From Candidatus Omnitrophota bacterium (GTDB taxonomy: Bacteria; Omnitrophota; Gorgyraeia; Tantalellales; Tantalellaceae): 52,161 nucleotides of DNA. Position numbers and translations under genes: made by a program. The stretch covers positions 1 through 52,161 of the forward strand of contig JBDRIH010000030.1 in NCBI GenBank assembly GCA_043816025.1, given 5' to 3'. Each line of letters starts with the position of its first letter. Positions within the stretch are counted from its first letter, which is position 1. The notes under the pieces were generated by a model. It saw only the letters and a program-made list of their open reading frames with translations. It did no database searches and was not told the origin of the DNA. Shown piece after piece: positions 10,431-19,340 of this stretch.

Positions 10431-11094
10431 CTAGCGTTCCCCGGTCCATGTCCGCGAGTTCTGAAAAAGAAACCGCCATGTCGATCGAAAAAGAGCCGGA
10501 CCTGGTGCGGTTCAGTTCCGTCAGATGGGCGCCACACCCGAGTCTCTCTCCGATATCGTCCGCCAGCTGTCTGACGTAGGTCCCTTTGCTACAAACTATC
10601 CCGAACCTGACAAAGGGAGGTTCTATGCCGAATATTTTCATCTTTTTTATGACTATTTTTTGGGGCTGTCTCTCTACCTCTATATTCTTCCTCGCAAGTT
10701 TATACAACCTTTTGCCCTTAACCCGTTTGGCCGAAACCATCGGCGGAACCTGTTCTATCTCGCCGAAAAATTCGGCCATCGTGTCCCTTATCTTTTCTTC
10801 CGAAGAACACACTTCTTTTGTGCTGATCAGTTTCCCATCGGAGTCGCCGCTATCGGTCTTCTCTCCGAGTTTCATCGTAGCCTCGTATTCTTTATCCTCG
10901 TTCAGGAATTTGCCAGAAAGTTTTGTGGCCCTGCCCAAAAGAAGTACCAGAACCCCCGTGGCGTTGGGGTCGAGCGTGCCGGCATGGCCCACTTTTTTTA
11001 TCGCGAATCTGTCGCGCACCATCTTGACAACGTCATGACTGGTCATGCCCTTTTGCTTGTCTACCACCAGTATCCCGAAAGGATCCTCATTCAC
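10408..11094 (-). CDS. truB: tRNA pseudouridine(55) synthase
   Basis: GILVVDKQKGMTSHDVV, and GHAGTLDP with the catalytic Asp. I prefer the GTG at 11094, with GGAGG 6 nt upstream. The ORF is open to another GTG at 11172, which would overlap nrnA by 86 nt. Confidence 0.88.
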   Translation of the reverse strand: MNEDPFGILVVDKQKGMTSHDVVKMVRDRFAIKKVGHAGTLDPNATGVLVLLLGRATKLSGKFLNEDKEYEATMKLGEKTDSGDSDGKLISTKEVCSSEEKIRDTMAEFFGEIEQVPPMVSAKRVKGKRLYKLARKNIEVERQPQKIVIKKMKIFGIEPPFVRFGIVCSKGTYVRQLADDIGERLGCGAHLTELNRTRSGSFSIDMAVSFSELADMDRGTLDESIVRI

Positions 11095-12079
11095 AGGCAG
11101 CCTCCACGATGGCCTTTGTTGCCTCGGCCAGGACCTTCTCCCTCGCCTGGTCAAGATCGCATTTAAGGACACAGCCGGAAGCCCTCTCGTGTCCGCCCCC
11201 GCCGAAATGGGACGCTATTGCATTGACGTTGACCTTCTCTGAAGAACGGAAACTCACGTTAATCTTCTCCGGCGCGTTGCAGTCTTCCTTGAAAAAGACA
11301 GCCACCTCAACACCTTTGATAGAACGCAAGAAACTTATAAACTCATCTGTGGAGACGCGATCCACACCTTCTTCGGCGTACATCTTTCTGGTAAGGCTCA
11401 TGTGCGCCAGCGCGCCCGAGGCTTCGATCTTGAGCGTGGTGAGCGCCTTGCCTAGCAATTTTACTTCCGGAACGGATTTTTTCTCGAATATCTCGGCGTG
11501 TATTTTTCTCGGGCTTACACCTCGAGCTATAAGCTCCCCGGCAATTTCGTGTGTAGCTCTGGACGTATTATCGTAATTGAATATGCCCGTATCGGTTACG
11601 ATCGCTGTGTAAATAGCCATGGCCATATCTTTCTCGATCTTCATCCCTAGCTTTTTTGCCGCGTGAAACAGCATCTCCCCCACGGAACTGGTTTTGGATT
11701 CGACCCAGTTGACATCACCGAAAAATTCGTTGCTTACATGATGGTCAATATTCACGATAAACTTGTCTCCGCTCAGGCGTCTTGAGGTGTTCCCGATCCT
11801 TTCCTTGACCGGACAGTCCAGGATTATAACGGTATCCGTCTGAAAATCCCTGGGGATCTTGCGGACGATCAATTCGGCCCCCGGCAGAAACTTAAGGTTG
11901 TCCGGCACCTCGTCGTGGTTAACCATTACTGCTTTCTTTCCCAGTTTCTGGAGTATGCGATAAACGGCAAGCTGGCTACCGATCGAGTCGCCTTCAGGAT
12001 TAACGTGAGCGGTTATCAGAAAATTGTCCCTTTCCTTAAAAGCTTTTACCACTTTGTCCATACTGTCGTTATCCATCAT
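11087..12079 (-). CDS. nrnA: DHH-family phosphoesterase (NrnA-like oligoribonuclease / pAp phosphatase)
   Basis: DHH motifs NIDHHVSN and DTG; DHHA1 motif GGGGHERASG. Confidence 0.8.
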   Translation of the reverse strand: MMDNDSMDKVVKAFKERDNFLITAHVNPEGDSIGSQLAVYRILQKLGKKAVMVNHDEVPDNLKFLPGAELIVRKIPRDFQTDTVIILDCPVKERIGNTSRRLSGDKFIVNIDHHVSNEFFGDVNWVESKTSSVGEMLFHAAKKLGMKIEKDMAMAIYTAIVTDTGIFNYDNTSRATHEIAGELIARGVSPRKIHAEIFEKKSVPEVKLLGKALTTLKIEASGALAHMSLTRKMYAEEGVDRVSTDEFISFLRSIKGVEVAVFFKEDCNAPEKINVSFRSSEKVNVNAIASHFGGGGHERASGCVLKCDLDQAREKVLAEATKAIVEAACE

Positions 12080-12455
12080 GCGTTCCTTTCCCGTTATCGT
12101 CTTTCGTTTCGTGATGTTCTTCGTCTATCCTCTCGAAAATCCTGTCTATGGATTCTTCTTTTTCGGCTGAGGAGTCTTCCTTGAACAGTATCTTCGGGGT
12201 AAACTTTATAGACAGCCTGTCGGCCAGTTCCGATCTAATAAAACTCGCGGCGCTTTTCAATCCCCGCGCGATATCCTGTTTTTCCTTTTCGTCGGCGATG
12301 ATAATATAAAACACTCTGGCTATTCTGAGATCCCGGGTCACTTCCACGTGCGTAATGGTCACGTGGCGGACCCTGGGATCGTTGATCTCTTCCTGCAGGA
12401 TGACGGAAATTTTCCTTTTCAACGTCGTCTCTACCCTGTCCATGCGGTCTGTCAT
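12069..12455 (-). CDS. rbfA: ribosome-binding factor A
   Basis: RbfA pattern: RVETTLKRKISVILQEEINDPR, THVEVTRDLRIARVFY. Confidence 0.88.
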   Translation of the reverse strand: MTDRMDRVETTLKRKISVILQEEINDPRVRHVTITHVEVTRDLRIARVFYIIIADEKEKQDIARGLKSAASFIRSELADRLSIKFTPKILFKEDSSAEKEESIDRIFERIDEEHHETKDDNGKGTHDG

Positions 12456-15106
12456 TTTTCCTCTCTGATCAACTTCCGCATGTACCTAATCTCGTCCCTT
12501 TTTGAGGGAAGCTTCCCGTCGAGTTTCCTATACAAGATCTTGCGGAGTATCTCCCTGTACCGGGGACCCGGGCTGATCATACCCTCTTCCTTAATGTCCT
12601 GGCCCTTTATTCGAAGCTTAATCCCGTTGTATTCAGTAAAAAATTTCCTGATGCGGCGTCGTGCCGTGGCGGACTTAGCCTTTGCCATGACAGAGAGGGC
12701 GACTTCGTGAGAAAAGGGTTCCAGAAGACTGTAAACCCGGCTGGGCGCCATCTTTTTTTTGGAAGAAAGTTTCCTGAGAACTTTATCCGCCTTCTGCTTG
12801 TAGGATCTCAGCCTTAAACTTTCGCTTCTGGTGAAAACGAATTTTTCCAGCACCGCCTCGACCTGACCCGCCTGAAGTCTATCCAATATCACCATAAGGT
12901 TCATAAGCCATGTGTCCGGCTTGCGCTTGCCGATAGCCGAGGCCTCATACCACCGGACGCATTCCCTTAACTCGCTGAACGCCTTTTTTGTCGATCTTTT
13001 CAATGTCAGTTCGGGATGTATGAAACGTAACTCGTGAAGTTCCCTCATTCTGAAAACGGCTTTCTCCGGATTCTTTTCCTTCAATATAAGCACAAGCTCG
13101 TCACGTATCCGCTGGTTTTCCGTCCTGCGGAACATTTCCTGTTTCACCGCGTGCGTGATGAGATACTCTGTATGTTTCTCGATCGTAAAACCAAACCTCT
13201 GCTCGAACCTTACCGCGCGGAAAATGCGTGTGGGGTCATCGATGAAACTCACATCATGCAATATCCTTATGATACCTTTCTCCAGGTCTTCCATGCCCCC
13301 GAAAAAATCTAGGAACAGGCCGAAATTTATTTTATTGATGTTCACCGCCATGGCGTTTATGGTAAAATCCCGGCGGTAAAGATCCTCTCTTAATGAGCTA
13401 AATTTCACCGTAGGCAGCGCCGCCGGCCTTTCATACACTTCCCTCCTGGCGGTGGCTATGTCTATCTTAAACTTGTTATCCGGATGGAGGACCGGGCCAA
13501 GCCAAAGAGGCCAGTCTTTCACCAGCGTCGCCGTGCCGAACTTGTGATGCACGACCAGCGATCCGCCTCTTTTTTCCGCAAGGATCCTCCCAAACCGTAT
13601 GGCGTCACCCTCGACCACGATGTCCAGATCGTAATTCTTAACACCCAATAGGAGATCCCGCACGAAACCGCCGACGAGAAACACGTTAATCCCGCGCGCA
13701 TCAGCTTCAGAACCGATAAACTTTATAAGTTCCATAAGTTGTTTAGGGAGCATCGAGTTCATTTTTGCGGAGATGTTTGACGTGCTGAGGGCTGCTCCGG
13801 AAACTTTAGGAAAGAACGAACTGTGGACCTTTTTTAGAACATCGGTCCTGGTAACTATCCCCACAAGCTTGTTGCCCTTTACAATGGGGATCCTTCCCTT
13901 ATTTTTATCCGTAAGGATCTTCTTCAGGCTGTAGAGCGGCGTCTCGGGCAGAGCCGTTATCAAGGGAGTCGCCATGTATCCTTTTACCCTGGAATGACCC
14001 ATACCGTGTTTAAGCGCCTTTTTCAGGTCCCCCAGCGTGATCATCCCCACCAGTTCACCTTCTTCGTTAAGAACCGGAGTACCTTTATACCCGAACCGTT
14101 CAAGTTTCACCAATACATCGCTTACCTTTTCCTCCTGCGAGACGGTCTGGACGGGAGAGGTCATGATGTCCCTGGCGTAAATCTCAGGACGCGTCATCTC
14201 CCTGAGTAGACGCATTATCTCGGACTTTATTCTTTCCGTGGAGGAGCCTTCTATTCTGGCGCTGGCCGCGCTGGAGTGACCCGCTCCGCCGAAATGCGCA
14301 AGCAGCTTGTTCACGTTGATGTTCTTGGCCCGGCTGCGGGCAAGTACTTTTATCTTACCCTTGGCCTTGAACATCGCGAAAAGCACGGGATAATTCTCCA
14401 CATCCTGCAGTTTGTGTACAACCGTTCCGGTTTCCCCGTCGAAATGGGTGGTGTCGACCTCAGCAAATGCTACGTTTACGCCGTTTACGTCTACGGCTTC
14501 GATCGATTCCAATAGATCTATCAACGCCGAGAGTTCACTGCCGGAAAGTTCCCTGTTCAAATAAGATGAGACCGCGTTCAGATTAGCGCCCTGTTCCAGA
14601 AGCCGGCTGACCATGTCGACGTCAAGCCTTGTGGTCGTTGAATAAGAAAGGGAACCGGTCTCCTCATATATCCCCAGTAGCATCAGGGTGGCCTCCAGCG
14701 GGGTCAAATTCAGTTTGCCCTTTTTTTCCAGTATCTCAAGGAGGATAGTAACCGTGGCGCCGGTTTCCTTGAAAACATCTTTGTCGGCTTTTATATCGAA
14801 ACGGGTTTTGGGGTGATGGTCGTAGATGTGAACCTTTAGCTTTTTCTTCTCCAGTAGCGCTGCGGCGCTGCCTATACGCGACCTGTGGCGATTATCCACA
14901 ACTACCAGGCGCTTCACGTCATCCATGCGACAGGTCTTTTCGTCTTCTATTTTTATCTTGTCCTTGATCAGCGAAAGAAAACTCCTGACGGCCTTCTCCT
15001 GGGACCCGGGTAGCAAGAGACGCGCTTTCGGGTAAAGCTTGCCGGCGGCCACCAGCGAACTTATGGCGTCAAAATCGGCGTTTTTATGCGTCGTTATCAG
15101 GTCCAT
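12452..15106 (-). CDS. DHH/DHHA1 - CBS pair - poly(A) polymerase/CCA-adding nucleotidyltransferase fusion protein
   Basis: 884 aa. DHH (IYDHHPK), GGAGHSSAAS, two CBS modules, and a nucleotidyltransferase head (GGFVRDLLLG..DLDIVVEGD, RDFTINAMA). Confidence 0.8.
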   Translation of the reverse strand: MDLITTHKNADFDAISSLVAAGKLYPKARLLLPGSQEKAVRSFLSLIKDKIKIEDEKTCRMDDVKRLVVVDNRHRSRIGSAAALLEKKKLKVHIYDHHPKTRFDIKADKDVFKETGATVTILLEILEKKGKLNLTPLEATLMLLGIYEETGSLSYSTTTRLDVDMVSRLLEQGANLNAVSSYLNRELSGSELSALIDLLESIEAVDVNGVNVAFAEVDTTHFDGETGTVVHKLQDVENYPVLFAMFKAKGKIKVLARSRAKNINVNKLLAHFGGAGHSSAASARIEGSSTERIKSEIMRLLREMTRPEIYARDIMTSPVQTVSQEEKVSDVLVKLERFGYKGTPVLNEEGELVGMITLGDLKKALKHGMGHSRVKGYMATPLITALPETPLYSLKKILTDKNKGRIPIVKGNKLVGIVTRTDVLKKVHSSFFPKVSGAALSTSNISAKMNSMLPKQLMELIKFIGSEADARGINVFLVGGFVRDLLLGVKNYDLDIVVEGDAIRFGRILAEKRGGSLVVHHKFGTATLVKDWPLWLGPVLHPDNKFKIDIATARREVYERPAALPTVKFSSLREDLYRRDFTINAMAVNINKINFGLFLDFFGGMEDLEKGIIRILHDVSFIDDPTRIFRAVRFEQRFGFTIEKHTEYLITHAVKQEMFRRTENQRIRDELVLILKEKNPEKAVFRMRELHELRFIHPELTLKRSTKKAFSELRECVRWYEASAIGKRKPDTWLMNLMVILDRLQAGQVEAVLEKFVFTRSESLRLRSYKQKADKVLRKLSSKKKMAPSRVYSLLEPFSHEVALSVMAKAKSATARRRIRKFFTEYNGIKLRIKGQDIKEEGMISPGPRYREILRKILYRKLDGKLPSKRDEIRYMRKLIREEK

Positions 15107-15991
15107 CTATCCCCTCGGGTGAAATTGTTTGTGAACCTTCCTAAGTCTTTCCTTGTCGACGTGTGTATATATCTGGGTTGTCGATATATCGGCGTGCCCC
15201 AACATTTCCTGCACGCCCCTGAGTTCCGCGCCCCCTTCCAGAAGATGTGTGGCGAAGGAATGCCTGAGGGTATGCGGCGTTATGTGTTTTTTTATGCCGG
15301 CCTCGCGCGCGTATTTCCGTATCATCTTCCACAGGCTTTGTCTGGAAAGCTTCTTCCCCAGCCTGGACAGGAAGAGATGCTCATCCTGTGTCTTTTTGGA
15401 CATTTTTCCCCGGACGTTCTCAATGTATCTGGCGACAGCCTTCTGCGCGACTTTTCCCAGAGGTACTATCCTTTCTTTCCCGCCCTTACCGGAACATTTC
15501 ACAAAGGACGGTTCCATGTTAACATTCGTCTTTTTCAGGTCTTTCACTTCCGAGACGCGCAGTCCTGCGGCGTACATAAGTTCCAGTATGGCCCTGTCCC
15601 TTATTCCCATCCATCCCTTTCTACTGGGTACCTCAAGAAGTTTTTCGACCTCTTCCTTGCTCAACACATCCGGTATGTTCTTCCACGTTCTGGGTGTTTC
15701 TACAACGGCGACGACGTTCTCGCGTACGACCTGTTCCGCCACCAGAAATTTCCAGAAAGTCTTAAGCGCCGCGAGATTCCTGGCAATCGTCGAAGAGGAA
15801 AGCCCCTGATCTTTGAGATACATAAGAAACCCCGTCAAATCCTCCCTTTTTACTCTGGAAACGTCTTTTCCCGTTTTGCCGATATAGCCGGCGAATTTCT
15901 CCAGGTCCCTTTTGTAAGACTGCACGGTATTCTGGCTGACACCGCGCTCAACCTCCAAAAAATGTATAAAATTTTCGATATGTTCTTTCAT
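15107..15991 (-). CDS. xerD: site-specific tyrosine recombinase XerD
   Basis: LSQNTVQSYKRDLEKF. C-terminus HTLRHSFATHLLEGGAELRGVQEMLGHADISTTQIYTHVDKERLRKVHKQFHPR, a XerD-like tail. Confidence 0.85.
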   Translation of the reverse strand: MKEHIENFIHFLEVERGVSQNTVQSYKRDLEKFAGYIGKTGKDVSRVKREDLTGFLMYLKDQGLSSSTIARNLAALKTFWKFLVAEQVVRENVVAVVETPRTWKNIPDVLSKEEVEKLLEVPSRKGWMGIRDRAILELMYAAGLRVSEVKDLKKTNVNMEPSFVKCSGKGGKERIVPLGKVAQKAVARYIENVRGKMSKKTQDEHLFLSRLGKKLSRQSLWKMIRKYAREAGIKKHITPHTLRHSFATHLLEGGAELRGVQEMLGHADISTTQIYTHVDKERLRKVHKQFHPRG

Positions 15992-16005
15992 GACTCGCCC
16001 CTAAT

Positions 16006-16071
16006 CTGCCAGATCCCAGATCTAACCAGGTTAGTTTAACCTGGTTAGATCTGAGATCTGTCAGGTTAGAT
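16006..16071. repeat. Family-A palindromic repeat, double-nested. Inner arms are 16 bp with a 3-nt loop; outer arms are 10 bp.
   Basis: ctgccagatc cc AGATCTAACCAGGTTA gtt TAACCTGGTTAGATCT ga gatctgtcag gttagat. It contains the TAA stop of the MBL gene (16066-16068). Confidence 0.9.
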
Positions 16072-16704
16072 ATTTTCCAGGAACGGGTTGTTGTGCCGCT
16101 CATGTCCTATAGTCGTTTCCGGACCGTGACCCGGAAAAACTTTCACGGAATCCGGAAGTGTCATCAGTTTTTCCTTGATGGTATTCATCAAAGTAGCGTG
16201 GGAACCTTCAGGCAGGTCCGTCCGGCCAACCCCCTCAAAAAAAAGAACGTCCCCGCTGAAAAGCATATCACCGCATTTTACAGAAATACTGCCCGGGGTG
16301 TGCCCGGGGGTATGAATGATCTCCAGCTTAAGCGCTCCCAGATCGACGACGTCACCACCTTTCAGGATCTTTTTAACGGTTACCGGCGGCACCTCTCCCT
16401 CGAAAAGACTAGACAGGTTTCTGACTGAATCCCGCAGGCACGGCTCGTCAAGTTCGTGTATAAGTACCGGCAAACCGAAAGCGGCATCACCCGCTATATG
16501 GTCCGCGTGCCCGTGCGTGTTCAATATGCAAACCATATCGATACCGTTATCCTTTATGTAAGCGGCTATCTCGTCGTCATACGCGCCGGGGTCGATAATC
16601 ATACCTTTACACGAACTTTTTTCATAAACAAGATAACAATTCGTGCACAAAGGACCCACAACGAATTTCTTAAGACCGACCTGGTCGCTATTCTTTAAAA
16701 TCAC
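16066..16704 (-). CDS. MBL-fold metallo-hydrolase (glyoxalase II-like)
   Basis: HTHGHADH zinc motif and HTPGHTPGS. Confidence 0.85.
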   Translation of the reverse strand: MILKNSDQVGLKKFVVGPLCTNCYLVYEKSSCKGMIIDPGAYDDEIAAYIKDNGIDMVCILNTHGHADHIAGDAAFGLPVLIHELDEPCLRDSVRNLSSLFEGEVPPVTVKKILKGGDVVDLGALKLEIIHTPGHTPGSISVKCGDMLFSGDVLFFEGVGRTDLPEGSHATLMNTIKEKLMTLPDSVKVFPGHGPETTIGHERHNNPFLENI

Positions 16705-17191
16705 TTCTTATGTAATCCCCCATTTTAGTATACGAAAAGTCTCTCTTGATATTTTTTCCAATAAGCTCAAGGTTTCGCCTTATCCTGACTTCATTGCCGG
16801 GCGTAATCCTCTCTTTTTTGAGGGTTGTTTCGATCGCTATCATCTCATCTATACTTTTCTGCAGTTCGTCGGCCTTCTCGTCCACAAGCATGCTTCTCAT
16901 ATCCATAAGATTAGAGATGTCCTGCTCGACGGCGACGGTGACCTTCTTATGGTTATCGTCTCCCAGTACGGACAAAAGATCCTTGTGCCAGTTCTTCCAG
17001 AAAATATACCTTTTCGTGTACAGATCCAGGCTGGGATGAACGTCATACGCTTTTACCGCGTAATAACGCTTTGCCTTCACCTTTTCCTCTTTAGGCTTTC
17101 TGACGAACTTATCCCTGATCTGGGCGCAGCCGGAAAGCGCGACCGCCACGGCTAGAAGAACGACCAGGACGCGAATATCTTTCTTTCTCAT
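16688..17191 (-). CDS. hypothetical lipoprotein
   Basis: Signal peptide with lipobox LSGC. I recognise no family. Confidence 0.6.
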   Translation of the reverse strand: MRKKDIRVLVVLLAVAVALSGCAQIRDKFVRKPKEEKVKAKRYYAVKAYDVHPSLDLYTKRYIFWKNWHKDLLSVLGDDNHKKVTVAVEQDISNLMDMRSMLVDEKADELQKSIDEMIAIETTLKKERITPGNEVRIRRNLELIGKNIKRDFSYTKMGDYIRSDFKE

Positions 17192-17208
17192 AATCCCCCC
17201 CTCATCTC

Positions 17209-17934
17209 TTACCTCCCGTACAACAACCTGTCCCCTAACGTTTGCGGAAGCCCCGCACTGATGATTCGTTCACGCGCCAACTTTATATCGTACTCTATCC
17301 TGTAAAAATCTACCTCGCCTTTGGCGGGATCGTATATACAATAACACGCGCGGTTGTCGTTATCCCTGGGCTGCCCCACACTCCCGACGTTTATTATATA
17401 TTTCTCGCCTTCTTCAATGCGTATTTTTTTCTTGAACGATTGATACACCTTGCCGTCTCTAAATATAAACACGCCCGGCACATGAGAATGTCCTACAAAA
17501 CATATTTTCGTCTTCAGCCTCTCGAACGTGTGCATGGCGCTGGCGGCACTGACCATATAAATGAACTGTTCCGGGTCATGCAGCGTTCCATGGACAACCG
17601 TAAAGAAATCCTCCTCCAGAACAAGGGGTAAGGAGTTTAAATACTCCCGGCCCGCCTTGCTCAAGTGTTCTTTCGTCCAGAGAACGGCCGAGGCGGCATA
17701 TTCGTTAAAATAATAAATATCGGTTTTGTCGATCACAGCCGCGTCATGATTGCCCAGGATGTTCTTCGCGCCAAGCGCAAGCATCTTTTCGATACACTCG
17801 TCGGGATCGGCCCCGTAACCCACGACATCACCCGCGCATATTATATTTGTATTGTTCTTTTCAGGAAGAGACTTGACCACGGCATCGAACGCCTGCAGAT
17901 TACCGTGGATATCGGAGATAATGGTATACGTCAT
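17209..17934 (-). CDS. metallophosphoesterase family protein (YfcE/MJ0936-like)
   Basis: Motifs DIHGN, GDVVGYG, GNHD, GHSH. Start moved to Met33 (17934) because the longer ORF runs into tRNA-Pro. Confidence 0.82.
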   Translation of the reverse strand: MTYTIISDIHGNLQAFDAVVKSLPEKNNTNIICAGDVVGYGADPDECIEKMLALGAKNILGNHDAAVIDKTDIYYFNEYAASAVLWTKEHLSKAGREYLNSLPLVLEEDFFTVVHGTLHDPEQFIYMVSAASAMHTFERLKTKICFVGHSHVPGVFIFRDGKVYQSFKKKIRIEEGEKYIINVGSVGQPRDNDNRACYCIYDPAKGEVDFYRIEYDIKLARERIISAGLPQTLGDRLLYGR

Positions 17935-17968
17935 GACAGAACGGTGCCCGCGGTTCAGCGAATGAGAA

Positions 17969-18046
17969 TGGTCGGGGCGCTGGGATTTGAACCCAGGACC
18001 TCCACGTCCCGAACGTGGCGCGCTAGCCAAACTGCGCTACGCCCCG
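17969..18046 (-). tRNA. tRNA-Pro (anticodon CGG), CCA encoded
   Basis: Minus strand: cggggcg ta gcgc agtttggcta gcgc g ccacg tTCGGga cgtgg aggtc ctggg ttcaaat cccag cgccccg a cca. This gives a 78-nt cloverleaf. Confidence 0.93.
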
Positions 18047-18077
18047 AAGCCACATTATGTAAACTAGCAATGACGCT

Positions 18078-18106
18078 ATATTATCATCATACTAACACAG
18101 CGTCAA
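18078..18106 (-). promoter_or_regulatory. putative sigma70-type promoter for tRNA-Pro
   Basis: On the minus strand: TTGACG, 17 nt, TAATAT, about 30 nt upstream of the tRNA 5' end. Confidence 0.5.
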
Positions 18107-18127
18107 TACGAAATGCGACGGTTTCGG

Positions 18128-18472
18128 CTACTTGATCCTTTCCAACGGCTCTTTCTCCAGGATGAATTCCGGATCTTTCAGTATCGGATCGTAACCCTTG
18201 GGCATGGGGATGGGGAATGTCGCGATCTCGTAAACTCCCACAGCGGCCCTCGTCACAACGTCTACCGTACCTTTTAAAATTCCCCAGGTAAGACCGGCAA
18301 AGATCCCGTTTTCCGTCTTGGCGTCACCCATCCCCTGGAAAAGCTCAAGCGGCGAAGTTGCCACATTCGCCAAGCCTCTGCCCAGCTTTTTTACGGCATC
18401 TCCCGCATACGCCGGTGATGTTAACGCGAGAACCAAACCAGCGACAATCAAGATTGCAACAAACTTTTTCAT
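18128..18472 (-). CDS. secreted small protein resembling the exosortase-system-associated TIGR04073 family
   Basis: Signal peptide, then KKLGRGLANVATSPLELF ... GVYEIATFPIPMPKGYDPILKDPEF. This matches my recollection of the family pattern. Start at Met11. Confidence 0.55.
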   Translation of the reverse strand: MKKFVAILIVAGLVLALTSPAYAGDAVKKLGRGLANVATSPLELFQGMGDAKTENGIFAGLTWGILKGTVDVVTRAAVGVYEIATFPIPMPKGYDPILKDPEFILEKEPLERIK

Positions 18473-18512
18473 ACTCCTCCCTTCCTTCACACTATTTGCC
18501 ATTTGTCCTTTG

Positions 18513-19139
18513 CTAAATGAATCCGTTTTTTCTCAGCATATCTTCCGTGATCGACCCCTTCTGCCGTTCCTTCCCGGCGTATTTCGCGATCATATCAAAC
18601 TCAACGTTTACGTAATCTCCCGTTTTTTTTACTCCCAGCGCGGTATTTTCAAGCGTATGGGGGATCAAGAATATCCTGAAAAAGTTGCGGAACAGTTCCC
18701 CTGCTGTCAGGCTCACCCCGTCGATCGCAACCGACCCCTTAGAGATTATATTTTTTTCGTCGCCCGGGATAATTCCGATATCCAGGATCCAGCCCGCGGA
18801 AGTCTCTTTATTATTCTTAATTACACGTTCACCATCTACGTGCCCCGACACCATGTGGCCGCTTAATGTATCCCCGAGCCTTAACGCGTTTTCCAAGTTT
18901 ACCGCCGCGCCCGCCTTGAGCCTCTTGAGGTTGGTCTTACTCAGGGTATTCCCTACCACGTCGAAAAGAAGACCACCGGTCTTTTTTACAATGCTAAGGC
19001 ACACGCCATTAACCGCGACGCTGTCGCCTAAATCGAGCGCCTCGCCTATTTTTTCGCATGTTACCTCCAGACGCGCGGAAGAACCTCGCCGGACGATACT
19101 TTTAACTTTGCCTACTTCGGTAATTATGCCCGTGAACAT
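18513..19139 (-). CDS. ribE: riboflavin synthase (alpha subunit)
   Basis: MFTGIITEVGKV, with duplicated lumazine-binding repeats (GDSVAVNGVCLS / GSVAIDGVSLT). Confidence 0.92.
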   Translation of the reverse strand: MFTGIITEVGKVKSIVRRGSSARLEVTCEKIGEALDLGDSVAVNGVCLSIVKKTGGLLFDVVGNTLSKTNLKRLKAGAAVNLENALRLGDTLSGHMVSGHVDGERVIKNNKETSAGWILDIGIIPGDEKNIISKGSVAIDGVSLTAGELFRNFFRIFLIPHTLENTALGVKKTGDYVNVEFDMIAKYAGKERQKGSITEDMLRKNGFI

Positions 19140-19340
19140 GTTAACTCCACTATGTCATTCCCGCTTCGTGTCATCCCTGCGAAATACATTACATAGATTT
19201 CTATTTCTCCTTCGGCCTGCTGGCCTCAGGATTTCTTGGCCAATATGCTCTGGCGCCAATGCCAAGGCCCCTTCTGTGCCCGCCTCCAGGGCTTGCACGG
19301 TGTCCTCGGGCCTTCGCCCTCGGTCACACAGCGCCTCCTG

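Noticed and set aside
15086-16039. A 317-aa plus-strand ORF antisense to xerD. Similar long antisense ORFs lie at 34232-35197, 42825-43808, 18685-19452, 10525-11166 and 2610-3299.
   Set aside because: Each lies entirely opposite a gene with clear family motifs. Their translations are low-complexity and rich in Ser, Pro, Arg or Leu, with no recognisable domains. Such shadow ORFs are expected at this GC content.
16018-16052. Family-A units as integron attC sites. ATCTAAC fits RYYYAAC, GTTAGAT fits GTTRRRY, the units lie at ORF 3' ends, and one sits next to a tyrosine recombinase.
   Set aside because: The flanked genes are essential housekeeping genes (rho, groEL, metF). The stems are perfect, with no extrahelical bases, and are shorter than real attC sites. 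The adjacent recombinase has a XerD-type C-terminus and XerD length, with no IntI-specific insertion. The core-site match is only 7 nt.
16018-16052. Family-A and family-B hairpins as ordinary Rho-independent terminators.
   Set aside because: None of the copies is followed by a U-tract on the transcribed (minus) strand. Several lie between genes that look co-transcribed, such as metF-panB and trmD-rplS.
17935-18030. N-terminal extension of the metallophosphoesterase ORF (MASAPRSGRGGPGFKSQRPD...).
   Set aside because: The extension is the reverse reading of tRNA-Pro (17969-18046). The conserved DIHGN motif begins right after the internal Met at 17934.
19155-19340. Stop-codon read-through or a C-terminal extension of RibD into the in-frame open 62 codons.
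   Set aside because: RibD already ends at its normal position. The downstream frame is Arg/Gly/Ala-rich filler typical of GC-rich non-coding DNA, and no recoding signal is visible.
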